NCBI GenBank assembly: GCA_049644045.1
Contig: JBARRC010000083.1
Location: forward strand, 1-37,086
From: Phycisphaerae bacterium
Lineage (GTDB): Bacteria; Planctomycetota; Phycisphaerae; UBA1845
Length of the DNA stretch: 37,086 nt
Direction of reading: 5' to 3'
Each line of letters starts with the position of its first letter. Within the stretch, counting starts at the first letter, position 1. Positions 31,053-37,086 of this stretch are shown piece after piece. A program made the translations under genes and the position numbers. Under the pieces are notes generated by a model. The model was not told where the DNA came from. It did no database searches and saw nothing but the letters and a program-made list of their open reading frames with translations.

Positions 31053-32201
31053 TTACTCAGCGTCGGTGGGGAGAGACTTCTCTTCCTCGTTATTATCGGG
31101 GCGGCGCGGGTTGGGATTGAGGCTGTTACGCCGTGAATATCCTGAGTCAAGTGGTTCCCTCATCGTAGCGGATGCACGTGTCGGGAGCCCATTGGTGACC
31201 GCGATGATCTTAGATGAGTTCGCGTCTTCGAAAGTAATCTGCTCCACGGCTGTGGGTTTGTCGCCAACTGCCGAACCGCGAAAGACGAGCACGGCGTGCG
31301 GCTCGGGCCCCGGTGGCGGCACATAACTCGGTTGTTCCCCAGGGAGCTCTTGCGGTTTGGATTGGCCCTTCATGCCACCAAGAAGACTGCCCATCGCCTG
31401 CATCCAGGCAGGCGTCGAGCCGGATGACGCGAGCAGGGTCGACTCAGCCTTCTGCGGATGCGCGCCGGCGAGGAGGCCGTATTCATCCAGTCTGGCGGAC
31501 GGGGGCCTCTCCGTTATCTGCTCATCCTCGCCTCGCATTGCGAGGGTGATCTTGCCACGCGTACCCGCCAGATGGAGCCTGGGCACATCCTCTTCACGCA
31601 CCAGGAGTGTGGCGGACTTCGCCGGCTTCATGTTCGACTTACTCTCAGCGGTAGGACCGGTTGCGGTGTGGCCGATCGCCGCAACCTGCACGTGCTGAAG
31701 AATGACTTCGGCGATCGTCTCTTTCCTCCCCCGGGTCGAACTGTCGATATCCATCACGACGATTACGTCGACCCAATCCCCAGACTTAATTTGAAAGGCC
31801 ACGCCCGTGACCTCGTCGATTTTGACGGACACCGCGCGGAAACCGGGCGGAATCCGTCCGACCATGCCGGCCGGGGTCCCTTCCGGTGCGAGCATGGACT
31901 TCAAGACAGCGGCGCGCTGCGGGATCGCCTTGGCGGCCACGCGCCCTTCAATCTCCTCCAGGCTTCCAATCCGATCGTTCGTCGGAGCGAGAAGACTGTC
32001 CACGGTTTCGACAAGCTCGACCTTATCAGCCGTAATCGCCTCGTAGGCGTCGATGTCTTGGCTGGCTCGGATCACCGTGATGGTTTCCTGCGACTGATTG
32101 GATGCCTGAGCCTTCCTGATCGTGTCCACCAGGAACTTGACGGTGACAAGCCCGATCCCCAGACCGAGCACCAACGGGATGATCGCCTTTCCCTTCATCA
32201 T
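31053..32201 (-). CDS. cpaB: Flp pilus assembly protein CpaB/RcpC with a low-complexity C-terminal extension
   Basis: N-terminal TM IIPLVLGLGIGLVTV, a SAF-like block (VIRASQDIDAYEAIT) and an RcpC block (IPPGFRAVSVKIDEVTGVAFQIKSGDWVDVIV). Confidence 0.88.
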   Translation of the reverse strand: MMKGKAIIPLVLGLGIGLVTVKFLVDTIRKAQASNQSQETITVIRASQDIDAYEAITADKVELVETVDSLLAPTNDRIGSLEEIEGRVAAKAIPQRAAVLKSMLAPEGTPAGMVGRIPPGFRAVSVKIDEVTGVAFQIKSGDWVDVIVVMDIDSSTRGRKETIAEVILQHVQVAAIGHTATGPTAESKSNMKPAKSATLLVREEDVPRLHLAGTRGKITLAMRGEDEQITERPPSARLDEYGLLAGAHPQKAESTLLASSGSTPAWMQAMGSLLGGMKGQSKPQELPGEQPSYVPPPGPEPHAVLVFRGSAVGDKPTAVEQITFEDANSSKIIAVTNGLPTRASATMREPLDSGYSRRNSLNPNPRRPDNNEEEKSLPTDAE

Positions 32202-32390
32202 TCGTCCCCTGTGGTCATGGGCCTACCATGGCGCCGGGTGGGTTGGGCGGAGAGATGTTTCATTTACGGCCCCTCAGCCCATCGCACCCGAGGTGTCGCC
32301 CGGTGTTTCCAAACTCGTTCGTTTATCGGATGGTTTTCGACGGCATTCGACCTACGGTCAGGAAAATCTTTGCGGTATTTGCAGGCGTAC

Positions 32391-32451
32391 GCTGGACAGA
32401 GAATCCCTTCTCGGTCCTCTGGCAGGTGCCGAGAAAGGATTCTCGGCACAG
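32391..32451. repeat. family-C double-hairpin repeat, copy C1
   Basis: gctggacagagaatcccttctcggtcctctggcaggtgccgagaaaggattctcggcacag. Its hairpins are ACAGAGAA/TTCTCGGT (imperfect in this copy; perfect ACCGAGAA/TTCTCGGT in C3 and C4) and TGCCGAGAA/TTCTCGGCA. It matches 35779-35839 closely. Confidence 0.9.
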
Positions 32452-32459
32452 TGAGGTAG

Positions 32460-32538
32460 GGTGGGTCATCGACCCACCTTCTGTTCTCCAGACACGAGCA
32501 AACGGCAATCCAACAAACAGGTGGGTCAATGACCCACC
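32460..32538. repeat. two copies of hairpin family D (GGTGGGTC-NNN-GACCCACC), 60 bp apart
   Basis: 32460-32478 and 32520-32538 each have a perfect 8-bp stem and a 3-nt loop. Confidence 0.85.
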
Positions 32539-32546
32539 CTACGCGG

Positions 32547-32632
32547 CTTCTCGGTCCTTGGTAGGTGCCGAGAAAGGATTCTCGGCACAGCGTATTCTCG
32601 GCACAGCGTCTGAAGGGATTCTCGACACAGCG
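32547..32632. repeat. family-C repeat copy C2 with two partial internal duplications
   Basis: cttctcggtccttggtaggtgccgagaaaggattctcggcacagcg is followed by tattctcggcacagcg and tctgaagggattctcgacacagcg. Confidence 0.85.
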
Positions 32633-32667
32633 TCGGCCACAGCCGCCCCCAGGGCTGTAAACAGCGG

Positions 32668-32688
32668 TAGCCCCGGCGAGCGGGGCTA
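32668..32688. repeat. short GC hairpin TAGCCCCG-gcgag-CGGGGCTA
   Basis: Perfect 8-bp stem in the tadE-cpaB gap. Only a single copy occurs in this window, so family status is unknown. Confidence 0.5.
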
Positions 32689-32732
32689 TCGCGACTCGAG
32701 GGATACCGGGTTGTGGTCGGCGAAAGCGTGCG

Positions 32733-33227
32733 TCACATGCCCTCTTTTCGCATGCTGCAGCTTCCGGTCAGGTCGACGTCGTATGTGCCGAAGAAACCAC
32801 CCAGCAGCGAAACATCGTTATAGGGCACGGTAATCACGACCGCCTCCACGGGATTGGGCACGGTCGCGTGGGTCATCGTGGTCTGGTAGCTGGTCAGCCC
32901 CGTCGGCTGCATGACGTCGTCAATCCGGGTGGTCACGTCCGTATACGGGGTGACCGACGTCTGCAAGACCGCCACGCGGCATCCCTCCCGAGCGGCGCTT
33001 TGGAGCGTCTGGCGAACCATGAACACCCACCCATATTCGATGATACCGAACAGAATCGTCAAAAGCAGCGGCAGGACCACCGCGAACTCGACCACCGCAG
33101 CCGCCCGAGCCATGTGTGGGACAGGCTTTCCAGCCTGTCGTGCAACTCTCGCGGTGTGGAAGAGACCGACTGGAAAGTCGGTCCCACAACGCCTGCCCCA
33201 CCTGATCCATCCTTTCACGTTCATCAT
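32733..33227 (-). CDS. tadE: TadE-like pseudopilin
   Basis: The core AAAVVEFAVVLPLLLTILFGIIEYGWVF is the TadE N-terminal motif. The start is uncertain. ATG-ATG at 33227/33224 follows the cpaA TAA by 2 nt and has GGGGGA upstream. The alternative ATG at 33113 has no SD and abuts a hairpin. Confidence 0.8.
   Translation of the reverse strand: MMNVKGWIRWGRRCGTDFPVGLFHTARVARQAGKPVPHMARAAAVVEFAVVLPLLLTILFGIIEYGWVFMVRQTLQSAAREGCRVAVLQTSVTPYTDVTTRIDDVMQPTGLTSYQTTMTHATVPNPVEAVVITVPYNDVSLLGGFFGTYDVDLTGSCSMRKEGM
33115..33188. repeat. inverted pair of family-A hairpin repeats inside or next to the tadE 5' end
   Basis: tgtgggacaggctttccagcctgtc (33115-33139) and gaccgactggaaagtcggtcccaca (33164-33188). 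The latter is the intact version of the interrupted copy at 17348-17537. Confidence 0.9.
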
Positions 33228-33229
33228 TA

Positions 33230-33784
33230 TTACATCCCCCACCACGCGAACATCTTCCCCGCAAGTATGATGAGCGTACCTACCGTCAGCGGCACGCCAT
33301 AAGGAAGCAACTGAGAGGTCGCACCGAAACTATGCGCCGAGCCGAAGTCGCTGAACATCGCCCCTCTGGTGGAGCATTTCGTCACGATCACGGCCATATT
33401 GGCGCAGGCCATCCGGAGCCGGCCGGTCGAAACGATCATGGCAATTGCGACGACGCCACCGATCATGCCGCCGAGGGCGAATGAGTAGAGCGTCAGCATG
33501 GGCCCCATCCACACACCGATGGCTGCCATCAATTTGACATCGCCCGCGCCCATTCCGTGCATCAGCCAGGGCACGATCAGCAACCCGAAACCGGTCAGCA
33601 GGCCCCACAGGCCCACAACAAGCCCGGCCGAACCGAAGAACCAGCCCTGGGCGACAAAGCCCGTAACGATCAACGCCAGGTTCAGCCAGTTCGGAACGCG
33701 GCGCTCTGAGTAGTCAATCCACGAGGCCAGAAGGATACCGGGAACGAGGATCGCACAGATTACGTGCCAGAAGCCCCACTCCAT
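33230..33784 (-). CDS. cpaA: prepilin peptidase CpaA/TadV (A24 family)
   Basis: 184-aa polytopic ORF with DYSERRVPN and GMGAGDVKLMAAIG aspartate motifs. Confidence 0.9.
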   Translation of the reverse strand: MEWGFWHVICAILVPGILLASWIDYSERRVPNWLNLALIVTGFVAQGWFFGSAGLVVGLWGLLTGFGLLIVPWLMHGMGAGDVKLMAAIGVWMGPMLTLYSFALGGMIGGVVAIAMIVSTGRLRMACANMAVIVTKCSTRGAMFSDFGSAHSFGATSQLLPYGVPLTVGTLIILAGKMFAWWGM

Positions 33785-33815
33785 CGAAAAACTCCTATCG
33801 GTTTGAGTACAAGGC

Positions 33816-33847
33816 GGTGGGCACTGCCATGGAAGGCAGCGCCCACC
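33816..33847 (-). terminator. stem-loop between flp1 and cpaA (attenuator candidate)
   Basis: ggtgggcactgcc pairs with ggcagcgcccacc (13 bp, one mismatch) around a 6-nt loop. It lies 70 nt after the flp1 stop and 32 nt before the cpaA ATG. No U-tract. Confidence 0.4.
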
Positions 33848-33916
33848 GGCCTCGAATCCTCCCAGCTTCAGCCCGCCGGCCGAATCGCAGCGGGCACAGC
33901 GTCACGCGGCCAGGCT

Positions 33917-34096
33917 TTAGCCGGCCGGGATCTTACCCTTGACGTTGTCAAAGGTGGCGCTCACCGTAGTGCCGAGCCCGGTAATCGCCCCAAGCGCAAC
34001 GATGATAATGAGCGCCAGCATCACGGCATACTCGGTCGCGGTGGGACCATCCTCGGACTTCAGAAAGCTCTTTGCACGGTTCAGGAAGTTCTTCAC
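33917..34096 (-). CDS. flp: Flp-family type IVb pilin (59 aa)
   Basis: Hand-translated, below the track cutoff. GTG start with AGAGGAG upstream. Sequence VKNFLNRAKSFLKSEDGPTATEYAVMLALIIIVALGAITGLGTTVSATFDNVKGKIPAG, carrying the Flp motif G/xTAxEY followed by a hydrophobic helix. Confidence 0.9.
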   Translation of the reverse strand: MKNFLNRAKSFLKSEDGPTATEYAVMLALIIIVALGAITGLGTTVSATFDNVKGKIPAG

Positions 34097-34361
34097 AGTT
34101 TGACTCCTCTTCTGTTGGGGGCTGACTTTGGCAGCCCTACGAATAATCGAAGGTCACCCAGGCACGGTGTGTCGGCCCGGCCCCTCCCTTTCAAGACAAC
34201 TCGAACCTCCTAAGGGCGCGAGCTTATGCATGAAGAAGGCATTTGACAGTCTCGTCAACTTCACTACCTCAAACGTAAGAAACAAATCCCGCTGGGGCAA
34301 ACGATTCTTCTTGATTCCTTGAGATTCTTCGTAAGACACGAATGTGTCACGTGCCATCGAC

Positions 34362-34541
34362 CTAGAACACGTCGACCGAACCGGCAACATTGAGGTAAAG
34401 GTTATTCATACGGTCGCCGAAGGCGGCCAGGGAAACTAAAGCGCCTACCGCAATGATGGCCAGCATCACGGCGTATTCCGTCGCCGTAGGTCCGTCGTCC
34501 GACCACAGAAACTCGATGATTCTCTGCCGTTGGCCGTTCAT
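34362..34541 (-). CDS. flp: Flp-family type IVb pilin, second paralogue (59 aa)
   Basis: Hand-translated. ATG with GGAGAGGAG upstream. Sequence MNGQRQRIIEFLWSDDGPTATEYAVMLAIIAVGALVSLAAFGDRMNNLYLNVAGSVDVF. It shares the DGPTATEYAVML core with flp1, but the C-terminal half differs. Confidence 0.9.
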   Translation of the reverse strand: MNGQRQRIIEFLWSDDGPTATEYAVMLAIIAVGALVSLAAFGDRMNNLYLNVAGSVDVF

Positions 34542-34630
34542 GGCTTGGCTCCTCTCCCCGCGGCAGGCCGCAGGTCGTAAAGGTTAGCGCGGAGTCCGGC
34601 TCCTTCGGCCGGACGCTATCCTTAACCGTC

Positions 34631-34677
34631 GAATATGTCGCGGTGAAAAGCAAGTGAATGTCTGCGGAATATGTCGC
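34631..34677. promoter_or_regulatory. direct repeat GAATATGTCGC x2 (36-bp spacing) upstream of flp2
   Basis: Exact 11-mers at 34631-34641 and 34667-34677, 90-135 nt upstream of the flp2 ATG. Related sequences occur at 34679-34689 (cgatatgtgat) and 34340-34350 (gaatgtgtcac). Confidence 0.3.
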
Positions 34678-34721
34678 CCGATATGTGATGGATCGAAGGA
34701 TCGCTCGTAGATGAACCGCTC

Positions 34722-34767
34722 GCTGGACCGAGAATCCTTTCTCGGTCCTTCCGGCGTGCCGAGAATC
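34722..34767. repeat. family-C repeat, copy C3 (shortened)
   Basis: gctggaccgagaatcctttctcggtccttccggcgtgccgagaatc, just downstream of the zinc-ribbon gene stop. Confidence 0.85.
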
Positions 34768-34774
34768 ATGCACG

Positions 34775-35608
34775 TTATGGCAAGTACGGCAGGATCATCC
34801 CCGGTGTTGCGGAGTGGGCGGGAGTTGCGCTCTGGCTGCGGGATCCGGTGAGGAACATCAGGGCGACGATCACGACGATCAGGAAACCCACGACCACCCA
34901 GGTGGCCCGAATACCCGCGATGCGCGGCGGTTCGTCCCATACGGCCTCATTCGAGGGCAGCGCCGCTTTACAGACGGCGGCTGAGAGTTCTTTCAACTCG
35001 TCGGTAGGGGTTGACGGGAGAGTTTCGTCGGGTTCGGTGAGGGGACGTGCGGTCCCCGGACCCGGCGGCACGGCGGGTGGTGTGCGAGGCTTCTCGAATG
35101 AAAGGTGCGCTAGACAATGCTGGCAGTAGGTGTCAGAGGGCGACACCTGACCATGGCAGTGCCAGCACCGTCCAAAGTAGCGGCACAGCCCCGGCGCCTC
35201 AACGGCGAACCGCCATTGAAAGTCGGTGGACGGCCCGCGAATGATCGAGGTCTCGGTGATCAACCTGCGATGGATCTGGCGGACGATTCGCTCAAGGCTC
35301 ACGCCGGGGAAGGGACGGACGTGCTCCAGCACGTACCAGGGCCCGGCATGAGCCCGCATCTTCTCGAGCATCTGCTCACTAAGGTCCTGCCCGCAATAGT
35401 CACATTCGGTTGCGTCACGGAGCACGAGTTGACCGCACGACACGCATGGTCTGGCCTCTCCGTGCCACACCTCGCGCCTGTACGGGCTTAACGGACCGAT
35501 GCCGCGTCGAGCGGCTATCTCCAACGCATGGTTACCGGGCGGGAGCTCGGCCTCAGGACTGAGATCGGGTTCCGGTTCGCTCGTGGTAGGGCCTTCGAGT
35601 TCGTCCAC
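34775..35608 (-). CDS. double zinc-ribbon protein with a GYF_2-like middle region and a C-terminal TM anchor
   Basis: 277-aa ORF with GTG start and GGAG upstream. It has CVSCGQ...CDYCGQ and CWHCHG...CQHCLA cysteine pairs, GPWYVLEHVRPFPGVSLERIVRQI between them, and the TM WVVVGFLIVVIVALMFL near the C-terminus. Confidence 0.6.
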   Translation of the reverse strand: MDELEGPTTSEPEPDLSPEAELPPGNHALEIAARRGIGPLSPYRREVWHGEARPCVSCGQLVLRDATECDYCGQDLSEQMLEKMRAHAGPWYVLEHVRPFPGVSLERIVRQIHRRLITETSIIRGPSTDFQWRFAVEAPGLCRYFGRCWHCHGQVSPSDTYCQHCLAHLSFEKPRTPPAVPPGPGTARPLTEPDETLPSTPTDELKELSAAVCKAALPSNEAVWDEPPRIAGIRATWVVVGFLIVVIVALMFLTGSRSQSATPAHSATPGMILPYLP

Positions 35609-35760
35609 GCTACAACACTCCGATGCTTCTCTATTCTAGCTCCGACGATGGGTACGGACAACCGACGGCTCGTGCAGTGGCTGGCAGGGGTTCCCGGACC
35701 CATCGTACGGACATTCCCTGTCGTCGATTACCCGATCGGCCCCGTGTCTCATTTCATACG

Positions 35761-35839
35761 CTGGGCAGAGAATCACGCTGGACCGAGAATCCCTTCTCGG
35801 TCCTCTGGCAGGTGCCAAGGTAGGATTCTCGGCACAGCG
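35761..35839. repeat. family-C repeat, copy C4 (with a partial leading duplication)
   Basis: ctgggcagagaatcac + gctggaccgagaatcccttctcggtcctctggcaggtgccaaggtaggattctcggcacagcg. Confidence 0.9.
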
Positions 35840-35868
35840 TATAGTCGTGCTACCTGTGAAGCACGGTG

Positions 35869-36099
35869 CTACTTTGCTCCGTCAAGCGGTTCGATGCGCG
35901 TGATGTGGACCGGATCGCAGAAGACGATCCTTTCGGGTAAGTCCTCGGTGGACATCTCCAGGGCGATCATGACTTGGGTCGTGGTCACGTAGGCCATCTC
36001 TGGATGACGTACGTCATAGGACGATCCGTCTGAGATGTGGACGCGAATGGGACGAAACGGTTGAACCTTCAAATGGTCGCGTATCTGAGCGGGTCGCAT
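35869..36099 (-). CDS. small hypothetical protein (76 aa)
   Basis: ATG at 36099 with GGGAG 7 nt upstream. No recognisable motifs. It is divergent from the caspase-like gene. Confidence 0.6.
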   Translation of the reverse strand: MRPAQIRDHLKVQPFRPIRVHISDGSSYDVRHPEMAYVTTTQVMIALEMSTEDLPERIVFCDPVHITRIEPLDGAK

Positions 36100-36193
36100 G
36101 AGATAGCTCCCTAAACAGCCTACACCCTCGCTCTCAGGAAGGCAACGTCAAGCGGCGATCCAAAAGGGGAAGAGCCCGCGACGCAACGGGTGC

Positions 36194-36222
36194 TTGACAA
36201 TTTGGTCCAATCAGGGTCAACT
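36194..36222 (+). promoter_or_regulatory. weak sigma70-like promoter candidate for the caspase-like gene
   Basis: TTGACA (36194-36199), a 17-nt spacer, then TCAACT (36217-36222). The -10 is poor. Confidence 0.25.
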
Positions 36223-36263
36223 CAGCCTCGCGAAGCACGTTCCTTTTCGCTGGAGTATCTGAA

Positions 36264-37086
36264 ATGGCGGTTCAGGGCAAGCGGAGCGCCATCATCGTTG
36301 GCGTATCGAAATACGAAAAGGCCGAACTCACTGATCTCAGGTACACGACAAGCGACGCTCGTCGCCTCGCATCGGTGCTCGAGAAGTACTGCGGCTTCCG
36401 CTCGGAGGACATTCAACTTTTCTGTGACGACGATGACCCCGCCGACGCCGCCCACCCATCTCGCCTGGCAACATTCGCCGACGTGCATGCGGCAACAGAA
36501 GACGTCAGCAAAAAGGCAACAGGTGACGATCTGGTCTTATTCTTCTTTGCCGGCCACGGGAACGAAATCTCCGGAGAGCCTTATCTTCTGACCAACGACA
36601 CCCGATTGAACGTGATCAGCGAAACGGCAATATCTGTGCACACGATTAACAAGTATCTTGAGGCCTCCCAGGCCAGCGCGAAGATCCGCGTTTTTGACGC
36701 GTGCCGCGCGGGATTTGGCACCAGGGACCTCGGGCTCCACCTCATGAAACGCGGGTTTGCGGATGCCTTGCTCGAAACGCCAAAGGCAACCGTCACGCTC
36801 TGCTCCTGTTGCAGCGGCGAATGGGCCATGGAGCACCAAGACCTGGAGCAGGGCCTCTTCAGCTATTACCTTTGCGAGGGACTTGCAGGCGCCGCAGCGG
36901 ATCAGGATGGGAACGTCACCCTTGAGCGCCTGGCGGACTACGTCAAGACCAGTGTAGCTAACTGGTGCAAGCACCATACTCATAAGCAAACGCCGCAGTT
37001 GGCCTGCAACATCGAGGGGACGCTAACCCTCGCGCACGTCCCCAGTGCCCCGCCCCATAAACGCGACGACGCGGAGGAAGCGAGCC
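36264..37086 (+). CDS. caspase-like (peptidase C14) domain protein, truncated at its 3' end by the window edge
   Basis: Hand-translated from the ATG at 36264 (GGAG 8 nt upstream; in-frame stop at 36195): MAVQGKRSAIIVGVSKYEKAELTDLRYTTSDARRLASVL...LVLFFFAGHGNEI...KIRVFDACRAGFG...QGLFSYYLCEGLAG. It has the His (AGHG) and Cys (DACR) catalytic dyad context and is open to the end of the window. The track's antisense ORF 36537..36989 is rejected. Confidence 0.85.
   Translation, partial: MAVQGKRSAIIVGVSKYEKAELTDLRYTTSDARRLASVLEKYCGFRSEDIQLFCDDDDPADAAHPSRLATFADVHAATEDVSKKATGDDLVLFFFAGHGNEISGEPYLLTNDTRLNVISETAISVHTINKYLEASQASAKIRVFDACRAGFGTRDLGLHLMKRGFADALLETPKATVTLCSCCSGEWAMEHQDLEQGLFSYYLCEGLAGAAADQDGNVTLERLADYVKTSVANWCKHHTHKQTPQLACNIEGTLTLAHVPSAPPHKRDDAEEAS

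Noticed and set aside
31037-31150. Longer CpaC ORF start at 31150
   Set aside because: It overlaps the cpaB 3' end. The ATG at 31036 has AGGAGG upstream and yields a proper signal-anchor N-terminus.
32228-32833. ORFs 32228..32833 (+), 32264..32449 (-) and 32323..32529 (-) in the tadE-cpaB gap
   Set aside because: They read straight through family-C and family-D hairpin repeats, and the same peptide strings recur wherever the repeats occur (34402..34773, 35623..35823). They are not genes.
36537-36989. 150-aa minus-strand ORF
   Set aside because: It is antisense to the caspase-like frame, which has clear catalytic motifs. It has no SD or motifs of its own.

Overview
High-GC (about 60-68% in hand-counted stretches) bacterial chromosomal segment. 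Gene content and repeat style suggest Planctomycetota, but that is inference only. No homology search was run, so all product calls rest on motifs read by eye. 1-14 kb (minus strand) holds the conserved cluster tRNA-Thr, tuf, rpmG, tRNA-Trp, secE, nusG, rplK, rplA, rplJ, rplL, rpoB, rpoC (rpoC runs off the window). The one surprise there is a GNAT-like acetyltransferase ORF between rpoB and rpoC. 14.4-17.3 kb (plus strand) carries an aldo/keto reductase and a Wzz/PCP-like two-TM coiled-coil protein. 17.25-17.94 kb is a 685-bp non-coding region packed with hairpin repeats. It includes a 33-bp x4 tandem array and a 165-bp palindromic element inserted cleanly into a REP-like hairpin whose intact copy sits at 33164-33188. 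An HU-like gene follows. 18.4-23.8 kb (minus strand) carries a HEAT-repeat membrane protein, a GmhB-like phosphatase with a membrane tail, a deoxyhypusine-synthase-like protein, lpxK carrying an in-frame repeat insertion, and a Memo-like protein with a PqqD-like N-terminal domain. 23.8-34.5 kb (minus strand) is a Tad/Flp pilus locus: flp2, flp1, cpaA, tadE, cpaB, cpaC, an orphan gene, cpaE, cpaF, tadB, tadC. The orphan is lower-GC, has no signal peptide, shows a PD-(D/E)xK-like motif and sits in the cpaD/rcpB slot. Repeat-filled gaps split the locus. 34.8-37.1 kb carries a zinc-ribbon/TM protein, a 76-aa protein and a caspase-like (C14) protease gene truncated by the window edge. At least five families of interspersed hairpin repeats occupy almost every intergenic gap, and in three places they reach into coding or initiation sequence (lpxK, tadB start, tadE 5' end). 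No CRISPR array, rRNA, transposase or prophage was seen.
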